From: Macrostomum lignano | Lineage: Eukaryota | Direction of reading: 5' to 3' | Length of the DNA: 64,000 nt | Assembly (NCBI GenBank): GCA_002269645.1 | Contig: NIVC01002426.1 | Span: forward strand, 62,001 to 126,000 | Program-made: the position numbers and the translations under genes | The notes under the pieces: model-generated | The model's database searches: none | Seen by the model: only the letters and a program-made list of their open reading frames with translations | Told to the model about the DNA's origin: nothing | In this document: positions 35,601 to 46,974 of the stretch, in pieces | How the letters are laid out: the number at the start of each line of letters is the position of its first letter | Numbering within the stretch: the first letter of the stretch is position 1

Positions 35601-37795
35601 TCCTTGATCCTCTTCCTGATCCTAGATCCCATTCTGATCCTAAATCCCCACTCTGGTCCTAGAACCCCATTCCACCTAATTCCCCATTCTGATCCTAAAT
35701 CCCCACTCTGGTCCTAGAACCCCATTCCACCTAATTCCCCATTCTGATCCTAGATCCCCATCCTCATAACCCAGATCACCCCTATACAATTCCATAAACC
35801 AATGCTCCATCATATTGACCACAGTGAATCCCCATTCCGCAAGTCACAGGCACAGCAACAATGAACCCTATTGACTTACTCATCCCCTCTCAGGCCCCAC
35901 CTTCCTCGGCAACCTGTGGGGCTACATTCGGCCGAGTCTGATTGCCGCAATCGGTGATGAGCCCGAGCCCGAAGTTCAAGCCGACGGCCTGAGCAGCCTA
36001 GCTCAGTGCATCGAAGCCATGGGAGCAGGCTGTCTAGCGGACAGCATGGACCCCTGTCTCGAACTCCTTGAGAAGCTGCTCAATTCTCATTTTGAGAAAG
36101 CCGAAAAGCGTCAGGCCGCTCGTCAGGACGAAGATTACGACGATGTCGAAGAGGAACGACTGAAAACCGAAGGCGAAGACGACGAATACGTACTCTCCCG
36201 CGTGGCTGACGTACTGCACTCGCTGCTCAGCGCCTACAAGCAGCAGTTCGAACCGCAACTGCAGCGTCTGCTACCGCTAATTGCTAAACTATTGGACGAG
36301 AGCCGCTCCTGGCTAGATTGGCAATGGGGTGTATGCATCTTTGACGACGTTATTGAGCACCTGGGACCGGCTAGCTTTCGCTATCAGGAGGTCAGATTCT
36401 TTATTATTTGTTAATTAATAGGTGGAAGCGAAAATACATTGTCGTATTTAACAATGAGCTGAAACCAGTTAGGTTACCAAAAAACGGGACTTACAACTTG
36501 ATATAAGTGAGCCCACACCAGAGTGACCCCAGTCTAACTAGAGTGACCCCAGTCCAACTAGAGTGACCCCAGTCTAACTAGAGTGACCCCAGTCCAACTA
36601 GAGTGACCCCAGTCCAACTAGAGTGACACCAGTCCAACTAGAGTGACTCCAGTCCAACTAGAGTGACACCAGTCCAACTAGAGTGACACCAGTCCAACTA
36701 GAGTGACCCCAGTCCAACTAGAGTGACTCCAGTCCAACTAGAGTGACACCAGTCCAACTAGAGTGACACCAGTCCAACTAGAGTGACCCCAGTCCAACTA
36801 GAGTGACACCAGTCCAACTAGAGTGACCCCAGTCCAACTAGAGTGACACCAGTCCAACTAGAGTGACCCCATTCCAACTAGAGTGACTCCAGTTCAACTA
36901 GAGTGACTCCAGTCCAACTAGAGTGACACCAGTTCAATTAGAGTGACACCAGTCCAACTAGAGTGACACCAGTCCAACTAGAGTGACCCCAGTCCAACTA
37001 GAGTGACCCCCGTCTAACTAGAGTGACACCAGTTCAACTAGAGTGACACCAGTCCAACTAGAGTGACACCAGTCCAACTAGAGTGACTCCAGTCCAACTA
37101 GAGTGACTCCAGTCCAACTAGAGTGACCCCAGTCCAACTAGAGTGACACCAGTTCAACTAGAGTGACACCAGTTCAACTAGAGTGACACCAGTCCAACTA
37201 GAGTGACTCCAGTCCAACTAGAGTGACTCCAGTCCAACTAGAGTGACCCCAGTCCAACTAGAGTGACACCAGTCTAACTAGAGTGATACCAGTTCAACTA
37301 GAGTGACCCCAAATTAAAAAAAGTGGCCTCAATACAAAAAAGTGACTCCAGGAGTGACCTCTATCAATCTACTGTCGTATCGCTTCACCCGCCCGCCCAG
37401 GTGTTCCTGCCTCGCCTGGTATCCTCGGCGGTGCACAAAGAGCCCGACCTCCGGCAAGCCGCCCTGTACGGCCTCGGCGTTGCCGCTCAGTTTGGCGGGC
37501 CGCAGTACCACCCGACCCTCAGCCAGATGATGCCGTTCCTGGTACAGCTGATCGCAGCCCCAGACTCGCGCAACGAGGACAATGTCAGCTGCACGGAGAA
37601 TGCCATTGCTGCGGCTACGAAAATTCTCAAGCACTGCCCGGCTGAGGTGGCCGGACAGCCGCCTGAACAGATTCTGCCAATGTGGCTGAGCTGGCTGCCA
37701 GTGTCCGAGGACAGGGAGGAGACTGAGCACGTCTATGGCTTCCTGTGCGACCTCATTGAGGGGTTAGTGCCCTGTCCAGCTGACTTGACACAGAA

Positions 37796-37863
<68 letters not shown>

Positions 37864-38810
37864 TGACTGACTGACTGACTGACTGACTGACTGACTGACT
37901 GACTGACTGACTGACTGACTGACTGACTGACTGACTGACTGACTGACTGACTGACTGACTGACTGACTGACTGACTGACTGACTGACTGACTGACTGACT
38001 GACTGACTGACTGACTGACTGACTGACTGACTGACTGACTGACTGACTGACTGACTGACTGACTGACTGACTGACTGACTGACTGACTGACTGACTGACT
38101 GACTGACTGACTGACTGACTGACTGACTGACTGACTGACTGACTGACTGACTTGAGTTGAGTGGGTGGGCGACTGACTGACTGACCGACAAACACTGACA
38201 TTCACTGAGACAGACACTTAGACAGACACTTAGACAGACACTTAGACAGACACTTAGACAGTCACTGAGACAGACACTGGGGCAGACACTGAGACAGTCA
38301 CTGAGACAGACACTGAGACAGACACTGGGGCAGACACTGGGGCAGACACTGAGACAGACACTGAGACAGACACTGAGACAGACACTTAGACAGACACTAA
38401 GACAGACACTGAGACAGAAAGACAGACTCGTACCGATCGATATCTAAACAGTCTAAAATAGACAAGTACAACAAGCGGAACGGTTTAATATTGAATTTAT
38501 TGATTTAGAAACAAAGAAAACGTAGAAAACGCCAGCTTTACAGATAAAACAACAACGCTGCACCGCCTTACCTCTTCCGCAGCAACGACCCTAACATCCT
38601 GGGCCCCAACAATCAGAACGTGCCCGCATTCTGGCCATCATTGGCGAGTGCCTGTACCGCGAGGCCCTAGACGAGGACAAGCCAACAGCGGCCCGTATCG
38701 TGGCCATTGCCCGCCAAGTCTTGGCTAATCCTGAGGCTGTGAAAGCCTGCTGGCCGCAGCTCACCGAGCAGCAACAGGCGGCGCTGCAGAGTCGGGTAGC
38801 TTCTCAGTAA
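23613..38810 (+). CDS. IPO5: Importin-5 / karyopherin beta-3 (RanBP5)
   Basis: 9 GT-AG exons: 23613-23726, 30627-31025, 31413-31934, 32649-33056, 33722-34141, 34993-35404, 35894-36390, 37401-37762, 38583-38810, about 1120 aa. Motifs match IPO5: [134 protein letters not shown]. The last exon needs one extra C at 38623-38625 to stay in frame. Confidence 0.93.
24424..27211 (-). mobile_element. Non-autonomous EnSpm/CACTA (CMC)-type DNA transposon in IPO5 intron 1
   Basis: Terminal inverted repeats match at 27/32 (CCTACATAACCAAAAATATTGCCTCAATATCG versus reverse complement CCCACATAACCAAAAAATTGCCTTGATATTG). It has a CCC-type terminus, a 2-bp AA target duplication (24422-23 and 27212-13) and subterminal ATATTGCC/CAATAT repeats. 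It carries a DUF4806-like gene. I found no transposase. Confidence 0.7.
24900..26501 (-). pseudogene. Transposon accessory gene with DUF4806 (BEN-like) C-terminal domain, disrupted
   Basis: N-terminus MYLVIEF...VEYVPEAWM...CLWP...PEETW, a low-complexity linker (track ORF 25653-26255), and C-terminus [42 protein letters not shown]. In-frame TAG stops at 26409-26411 and 24992-24994. Domain name recognised from pattern only. Confidence 0.6.
31195..31357. repeat. 20-bp minisatellite, IPO5 intron 2
   Basis: Unit GAATCGCCCAAACCCTTCAA, about 8 copies. Confidence 0.95.
31972..32635. repeat. Two-part 22-24-bp minisatellite, IPO5 intron 3
   Basis: AAATCCGCCCTTTTGAGCACACTT grades into CACCTAAATCGGTCATTAAGCA, ending about 13 nt before the acceptor. 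Confidence 0.9.
33110..33585. repeat. 20-bp minisatellite, IPO5 intron 4
   Basis: Unit GAATCGCCTCTACCCCTAAA, about 22 copies. Confidence 0.95.
34235..34830. repeat. 35-bp minisatellite, IPO5 intron 5
   Basis: Unit TGGCACCTGTGTAGGCTATGAAATGGCACTTCTAG, about 16 copies. Confidence 0.95.
35450..35780. repeat. Degenerate C-rich tandem repeat, IPO5 intron 6
   Basis: Recurrent GATCCTAGATCCCCATTCT-like units of about 19 bp. Confidence 0.75.
36520..37310. repeat. 20-bp minisatellite, IPO5 intron 7
   Basis: Unit GAGTGACACCAGTCCAACTA, about 39 copies. Confidence 0.95.
37795..38430. repeat. Compound (GACA)n-(GACT)n microsatellite plus 12-bp repeat, IPO5 intron 8
   Basis: A GACA run, a long GACT run, then GACAGACACTGA units. 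Confidence 0.95.
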
Positions 38811-38964
38811 AACAACAATAATAAAGCGTAAAGTATCTTATCTTATTCGTTCAAGCACAGACTCAAAATTTAGTTGCGACTTGTGCATCACTGATTGATT
38901 AAATTCAACTATGTATTGTAGCTTACCAGTTTTGTTTCAATTGATTGGGGTGTCTTGATCACTA

Positions 38965-39745
38965 AGCCTTCTATCTCCAAGCCTCACATCCCCAAGCTTC
39001 AAATCTCAAAGCTTCAAATCCCCAAGCTTCAAATCCTCAAGCTTCAAATCCCCAAGCTTCAAATCCCCAAGCTTCAAATCCCCAAGCTTCAAATCCCCAA
39101 GCCTAATATCTCCAAGCTTCAAATCCTCAAGCTTAAAATCCTCAAGCTTTAACTCCCCAAGCTTAAAATCCTCAAGCTTAAAATCCCCAAGCCTAATATC
39201 TCCAAGCTTTAAATCCTCAAGCTTCAAATCCCCAAGCCTAATATCTCCAAGCTTCAAATTCTCAAGCTTCAAATCCCCGAGCTTTAAATCCCCAAGCTTA
39301 AAATCCTCAAGCTTAAAATCCCCAAGCCTAATATCTCCAAGCTTTAAATCCTCAAGCTTCAAATCCCCAAGCCTAATATCTCCAAGCTTCAAATTCTCAA
39401 GCTTCAAATCCCCAAGCTTTAAATCCCCAAGCTTCAAATCCCTAGCTTCAAATCCCCAAGCTTCAAATCCCAAGCTTCAAATTCCCAAGCTTCAAATCCC
39501 CAGCTTCAAATTCTCAAGCTTCAAATCCCCAAGCTTCAAATCCCCAAGCTTCAAATCCCTAGCTTCAAATCCCCAAGCTTCAAATCCCAAGCTTCAAATT
39601 CCCAAGCTTCAAATCCCCAGCTTCAAATTCTCAAGCTTCAAATCCCCAAGCTTCAAATCCCCAAGCTTCAAATCCCTAGCTTCAAATCCCCAAGCTTCAA
39701 ATTCCCAAGCTTCAAATCCCCAGCTTCAAATCTTCAAGCTTCAAA
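38965..39745. repeat. 15-bp minisatellite downstream of IPO5
   Basis: Unit AAGCTTCAAATCCCC with variants. Confidence 0.95.
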
Positions 39746-40324
39746 TCCCAGGAAATTCCAACCATAGCAACGTGTGGAGCACCCCTGAGAATAGCCCTAT
39801 TAGTTGTTTCCAAATCGGTTCAATCTGCGGGAAAGTTAAAACAAAACTGTTAAAGCAAGAAAACCCGGAATTTAATGCCTGCGTTTCAGTGAAACTTGTT
39901 TTTGCTTTTTTTAATTAAACGTCCGGTTGCCACTCATGACTCGCCAGTGTTTGGGAGAAACGCAATCCGCTCTACTGTGCCTACTATTCAGTAATAGTAG
40001 TAATATAGTAGTTCAGGCTTGCGTTTTTTATTTTTAATTTCTCACGCAACTGGCGACGAATCTATTTTTGGCAATTAAAAATCTATTGTTAACCACCTGA
40101 CCTGTATAATGACTGTGCACCAATCTTTTGTTGTTGTTGCAAATGTTCTCTGGCGCGTTATCTACGTTTAGTAATTGGGTATGTTTTTAAGGCTGCAATT
40201 TTCTTCTGATAAAATACTAGTAATTATCCGCTACTACTGATAGTACAAATCGACGGAATTATATTATTTTTTCAACATGTCTGTCTGTCTGCGGCTCCGC
40301 GTGTTGCCTGCGCCGCTTTTTGTG

Positions 40325-41035
40325 TGCGTCTTCATGTGCATGTGTCTCTTCAAAAGTATGTGTCTTCATGTGTGTCTTCATGTGCATGTGTCTCTTCAAA
40401 AGTGTGTGTCTTCATGTGCATGTGTCTCTTCAAAAGTATGTGTCTTCATGTGCGTCTTCATGTGCATGTGTCTCTTCAAAAGTATGTGTCTTCATGTGTG
40501 TCTTCATGTGCATGTGTCTCTTCAAAAGTATGTGTCATCATGTGCGTGTCTCTTCAAAAGTATGTGTCTTCATGTGCGTGTCTCTTCAAAAGTATGTGTC
40601 TTCATGTGTGTCTTCATGTGCGCGTCTCTTCAAAAGTATGTGTCTTCATGTGTGTCTTCATGTGCGCGTCTCTTCAAAAGTATGTGTCTTCATGTGTGTC
40701 TTCATGTGCGTGTCTCTTCAAAAGTATGTGTCTTCATGTGTGTCTTCATGTGCATGTGTCTCTTCAAAAGTATGTGTCTTCATGTGTGTCTTCATGTGCG
40801 TGTCTCTTCAAAAGTATGTGTCTTCATGTGTGTCTTCATGTGCATGTTGTCTTTATGTGCCTATGCCTTCATGCGAATGTGGCTTCATGTGCATATGTCT
40901 CTTCAAAGTATGTCTTCATGTGCATATGTCTCCAAAGTATGTCTTCATGTGCATATGTCTTCATATCCACGTTGACGTCATGTGCATGCGTCTTCATCTA
41001 CATTTGTCTTCATGTGCATGTTGCCTTCGTGTGTA
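40325..41035. repeat. Composite TGTGTCTTCA / TCTCTTCAAAAGTA tandem repeat
   Basis: Interleaved 10-14-bp sub-units. Source of the spurious Cys/Val/Met-rich ORFs. Confidence 0.9.
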
Positions 41036-41814
41036 CATGTATATCTCCTCAAACCAGATAGTCATTTTTCTTATTTTTTGTGCTTCTTTCTCGTTTGGTT
41101 CCTCCTTTAACAATTATCTAAAACTATATCGTTATGTTAATTATTTTTTTAAGTTCCTTGCCATTTAACTGCAACTATAGCAAGTAAGACTACATATCGC
41201 CAGTGCGCTTAGAAACAACCTTTGGTTCTTAATATATTTTTGGTAATTTATTATCACATCCGGCTTTTCATTTTCCGCCAGTTCGATTTTGTTTATTATA
41301 ATATTTTCTTTTGCTTCAGTGCGTCTCTCCTTCTGACTTTCTCGAATCGTGTTTGACTGATTGAATTTAACAAAAAAATAACTGATTCAGTTTTTAATAA
41401 TTAATTATTCTATTTATTTTTAGTACTAATTTTCCTGCTTTGTGGGATAAGCAACTTCCCTGCTGAAATTGTAATAGAAAAAGTGCAAGATTCAAACTAA
41501 TATTAATAAAAATAAGCGTGTCAGTTAACAAAACATATACATTAACAAATATATATATTTTGTTTGCCGTTAGGAATAAATCGACACAGCAAAGCAATGA
41601 TAGGCCTTTTCTGCTGCTGGACGCTCTGTGAGGAAACTGTACCAGTTTTTTTAACTGTTTGTTTATTTATTTGTTTAGTATTTAGTGTGTTTTCGTTAAT
41701 AGGATTTTTAAAAGTGCATCTGTTTGTAAGGCTGTAAACCTTTTATTATTCATATTTCTAAAGTTAGTAGTGTATATTAAAGTCAGTAAACAGGTCAGGT
41801 TACTGTAATAGCCC

Positions 41815-42650
41815 TGCTCCCTTCTGTGCTCGACTTTGTGCTCCCTACTCCCTCTGTGCTCCCCTACTCCCCTCTGTGATCCCCTACTCCCCACTGTGCT
41901 CCCCTACTCCCCTCTGTGATCCCCTACTCCCTCTGTGCTCCTCTACTCCCCACTGTGCTCCTCTACTCCCCACTGTGCTCCCCTACTCCCCACTGTGCTC
42001 CCCTACTCCCCACTGTGCTCCCCTACTCCCCTCTGTGCTCCCCTACTCCCTCTGTGCTCCCCTACTCCCTCTGTGCTCCCCTACTCCCTCTGTGATCCCC
42101 TACTCCCTCTGTGCTCCCCTACTCCCTCTGTGATCCCCTACTCCCTCTGTGATCCCCTACTCCCTCTGTGCTCCCCTACTCCCTCTGTGCTCCTCTACTC
42201 CCCACTGTGCTCCCCTACTCCCTCTGTGCTCCTCTACTCCCCACTGTGCTCCCCTACTCCCCTCTGTGATCCCCTACTCCCTCTGTGCTCCCCTACTCCC
42301 TCTGTGATCCCCTACTCCCCACTTTGCTCCCCTACTCCCTCTGTGCTCCTCTACTCCCCTCTGTGCTCCCCTACTCCCTCTGTGCTCCCCTACTCCCTCT
42401 GTGCTCCCCTACTCCCTCTGTGCTCCCCTACTCCCCTCTGTGATCCCCTACTCCCTCTGTGCTCCCCTACTCCCTCTGTGATCCCCTACTCCCCACTGTG
42501 CTCCCCTACTCCCTCTGTGCTCCTCTACTCCCCTCTGTGCTCCCCTACTCCCTCTGTGCTCCCCTACTCCCTCTGTGATCCCCTACTCCCTCTGTGCTCC
42601 CCTACTCCCTCTGTGCTCCCCTACTCCCTCTGTGATCCCCTACTCCCCCC
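41815..42650. repeat. 20/21-bp C-rich minisatellite
   Basis: Unit CTCCCTCTGTGCTCCCCTAC, lying about 20 nt beyond the stop codon of the minus-strand gene. Confidence 0.95.
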
Positions 42651-42671
42651 AAGAGTTTGTTCAACTGTTGC

Positions 42672-44294
42672 TCAACACTCGTCAAGCAGCGGCCTGAGCT
42701 CCGCAAAGGTGTGCCTACGCTTCGTTAGCGCTCGTTTAACCTTGTCAAGATCGGTGCTGCCACCGCCGCTGTTGACAGACTCGAATCCCGTAGTTGGCCT
42801 GCTACTGTCGCTGCCCAGAACACTGTCGGATTTGTCTGGATTAGCCAGCTGCCAGACAGCCATTTCAACTCGTTGCACGTCGCTGTAGTCTCGAACGGCA
42901 ACGTACGAGCCTCTTAGTTTCAGTCCGAATCTGACCAGCTCAAGTTTGGGCTCGTTTTTGTTAAACGACACTAGCCAACGGTTGTCCATAGCTCGCAGAT
43001 TTAGTTGGCTGGCTAGCGGCAAGAACTGCACGTTGGTGATTTTGTACTGCCCAGATAGTTGCTCTAGTTTGGTCTCGATTGAGGCTTTCACTTCCGCGTG
43101 GGTCAGCGATGTTCCTTTGTTGTGAATTTGGTTTAATCTGTTTATTGATTGCAGTGCTTTTGTATTTTTGTATCACGACTCCTTGGTTCGATTCCGTGGG
43201 CGAACACATTTTCATTTGGGGCTTTGGGGCACGAATATTGACCAAGGGTTGTCGTGTGATTTACACCCATGAGGGTCAACCCCAAAGGCCGCTGTACACC
43301 CGTGTGAGCGTCTTTACAGCTACTACGTGCCTGTGTACAATTTGAGGACTTGCCATTTTCATTTGCGTGTATGCCATTCTATTAGAGGGGGAGTGCCATT
43401 TTCATTTGAAGGAGTACCATTTTCATTTGAGGGAGTGCCATTTTCATTTGAGGGAGTGCCATTTTCATTTGAGGAAGTGCCATTTTCATTTGAGAGAGTG
43501 CCATTTTCGTTTGAAGGAGTACCATTTTCATTTGAGGGAGTGCCATTTTCATTTGAGGGAGTGCCATTTTCATTTGAGGAAGTGCCATTTTCATTTGAGA
43601 GAGTGCCATTTTCGTTTGAAGGAGTGCCATTTTCATTTGAGGGAGTGCCATTTTTATTTGAGGGAATGCCATTTTCATTTGAGGGAGTGCCATTTTCATT
43701 TGCGTGTATGCCATTCTATTAGAGGGGGAGTGCCATTTTCATTTGAGAGAGTGCCATTTTCGTTTGAAGGAGTGCCATTTTCATTTGAGGGAGTGCCATT
43801 TTTATTTGAGGGAATGCCATTTTCATTTGAGGGAGTGCCATTTTCATTTGCGTGTATGCCATTCTATTAGAGGGGGAGTGCCATTTTCATTTGAGGGAGT
43901 GCCATTTTCATTTGAAGGAGTGCCATTTTCATTTGAGGGAGTGCCATTTTCATTTGAGGGAGTGCCATTTTATTTGATTTGAGGGAGTGCCATTTACTTT
44001 GACAGTGGATTGGGGGGATAGATCTTTGAGAGTCCAAGCAGGCCAGTGCTTGAAATTTTAGTTAAATATATGTTGGTGAGTCTTTATGTCTAAGCCAGGT
44101 AAATATTTGGAAATCAACGTACCCGGAAAGTTGAAGCAGACAGTAAATGGCAGAGCAATAAATTTGGGTAAATTCTTAGTGTGCCGATTGTACACTGGCC
44201 GAATCATGCGCTTCATTCCGGCGTCCTCTTGCACCATCTTGCCCGTGTGACCTCTCAGACGGGGCAGCATGCTTTGCACCTTGTAGGGATCCAT
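42672..44294 (-). CDS. Uncharacterised protein of about 204 aa, possible RRM-like alpha/beta domain
   Basis: Model: exon 44123-44294 plus exon 42672-43114 (GT donor, AAG acceptor, phase 1). It reads ...PFTVCFNFPGTSLTHAEVKASIE...VQFLP...DNRWLVSFNKNEPKLELVRFGLKLRGSYVAVRDYSDVQRVEM. The intervening sequence is array-filled like the other introns. No family is confidently recognised. Confidence 0.6.
43355..43995. repeat. 21-bp minisatellite in the intron of the uncharacterised gene
   Basis: Unit GTGCCATTTTCATTTGAGGGA with periodic longer variants. Confidence 0.95.
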
Positions 44295-46323
44295 AATGTA
44301 TCTTTGGTGGTAATACGGGCTCTCTACCTAGGATATTAATCAACCGCGATTGATTATGAATTGATACAATGCATCTATATGTGTGCCTCAGAGCGACCGT
44401 GTACACTCTGAAATTAACACATTAAACATTTGCATACAATGTTATATATTGTCTGCTTTCCTTCTTCGATTAATAGTTAATAGACCAATTTGCCCATGCT
44501 CACGACTATACATTGTTGAGTCCGTGGCGTAAAATAGAAGCGGCAATGCGTTAAATAATTGATTTTGCTTAAATTTTGTCCCATGCGCGAAGTGGTTTGG
44601 CGAAGCTACTGTATATAGGAAGGGATTGTAAACGCCCTTTAGTTTCAGCTATCTCCTTTCTATTACATCTCACCAGTCGATTTTTACATATTTAATATGC
44701 TTTTATTTACGACGGCCGAGTATATCCCGAAATCTGTGTATTGTAAATTTTGTGATCGTATACCTTTGACTAGCGAGCTTACAATTTTTCTGACTGGCAA
44801 TACAAATTGCAAGCTTAACAATTTCATTTGAGGGGTGCCCTCAATTAAGTGAAACAATTATTACTTTTACATTTGAGGGAGTGCCCTCAATCGAGTGAAA
44901 AAATGATTACTTCTACGTTCGCTTTTCTCGAAAATTTAAGCCCGATCAATTAATTAATAAGCTTAAAATTTATTTAAAAAACTACCGCGATACATTAGAA
45001 GATTGCAACAGATGTATACATTTCTATAAATTGTATAGCAATTTCAGACTTAAAACAATGATTATGGTCTTGTATGGTTCAAGCATGCAAACCCAACAAA
45101 GAAGAGTACCCGTACGTAATTAAACTCAACATTGCATGCCTTAAAGTATTCAAACGTTAATTTTGGCTTTTCATTTGCAACTACAGTAATCCTTGATATA
45201 CTAAAAATCAAAACTATGTACCTACCTATCTATAGGAACCTTCGTTTAACTTGACTCTGTGTGGTTCGAATTTCGTGGGGTTTTCTGCATTTTAATCTAA
45301 AGCTCAGTAACAACAGTAAGAACCTTACCTATTTAGCATTAACTTAGTTTTAATCATCAAAAAGTTCTAAGAAATTCGGAGCCAGTTTAAAATTTAAAAG
45401 TTTTGATAATGTAAGTATCGACCGAGGACGGTAGAACTAGGCAATAATAATTTTTTTAATCGAATTACATAACTTGCACTATATTATTACAGAAAAGTAT
45501 AAAACTGATAAGACAGTGAGCAGGAGAGAAAGATCTAATTAGGTTAAAACCTAGTATATGTGAAAATAACGAGAGAAATGAGTTATTTGCAGGCCTAGGC
45601 CTACGAGGCTACGCCTACCTATTATATTGTGACATTATTGTCTATTGACATTTGAATACAGAACCAAGGTGGCAATGAATTAAAGGCTACAGGGCAAAGC
45701 AAGTCTTTTTTACTGTCTGCCAATAGTGGTTAACACTATGCCTTATTCGCTGCAGTAAATTCTTGAAAAATAGTTAAATTTAACTAAATGTAGGATAGGC
45801 CTGGCTGGCTGTGGCTGCCTCTGCCTGACCCTAAATATTATTTCAAGTCAGTTGTTATTGTTATGTTACGATTGTGCTAGGGGTGTTCCTGTACGATACA
45901 AAATCCCACCGCTGAGTCACCAAAGTTGTGCTAGGGGTAACTTCTGTCCCTACAAATGATTCCACAGCTGTCACTAAAGTTGTCACAGGGCTTAATTTTT
46001 TGTCTTTATAAATGTTGGTAGCTGCCACCACCAGCTGCTATTATTAATAAATTATGAGTTTATCAATCTTAGAGTAATCCAAGAAATGTTTCTTAGAATT
46101 GATCTGAGTATATATCTTAGTATTTAGTCTAAATATTTAGTCTAAGTATTTGGTCTGGGTATTTAGTCTGAGTATTATTCTTAGAAAACTATTAGGCCTA
46201 GCCCTTAAAGATTTTATTCCTCTGTTATTCTGGTAGCATTTATTCTGATTCCGGTAGGGTTGACTGTACTTTTGGCCTGAGTGGTCTATTGGCTATACTA
46301 GTATATATATTCCATGTACTTTG

Positions 46324-46974
46324 CCATAGTCAGGAAGGTGGCAGTTTGGTCGGAAAATTCCGGCGTACACAAGCCCTTTTTGGGCACACAACGGCGCACA
46401 GCGGCGCGCCACAACAGCGCACAGCGGCGCACTGGCGCACAGCGGCGCACAACGGCACACACCAGAGGACACCGGCGCATGGCGGCGCGGCGCGGCGGGC
46501 GCCGCGCCACATGCAGCGTTACCCTTGTGGCGATCCCATGTAACGATGTAAGTCGTTACTTGTTACAGTACACTATTCACTGTTCTATCTAATGTAACAC
46601 TGCATTCTACCAAAAAATAAAAAATAAAATAAAATATTTTCCTTTTCTTTTTACCTTTGTTTTTGCCATTTGCTTACTTTTTATGTTTGTTTTGTTTTAA
46701 AAATTAGAAATTAAATTAAAAATTTTTTAAATTTCTATTTTCGGTTTAACGATCTCAATTTCTCATAGATAGCCCGTAACCGTCCCGTAATTGAAAATAT
46801 TGGCGCACAAAAATTGTTGCTATGTTGTAAAAAAAGGTCTTTTATTGTCGCAAGGCAGGTAGTGGCGGGCGCACAACGGCGCACACGAGGGTTTTTGTGT
46901 CGGCGCACGGCGCACAATTTTGGGAGAGGCCAAAATTTGTTCCGGCGCACACTCTGCCACCTTCCTGACTATGG
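46324..46974. mobile_element. 651-bp non-autonomous DNA transposon (hAT- or P-like)
   Basis: Perfect 21-bp terminal inverted repeat CCATAGTCAGGAAGGTGGCAG, a perfect 8-bp target duplication GTACTTTG (46316-46323 and 46975-46982), and about ten subterminal GGCGCAC motifs. Confidence 0.85.
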
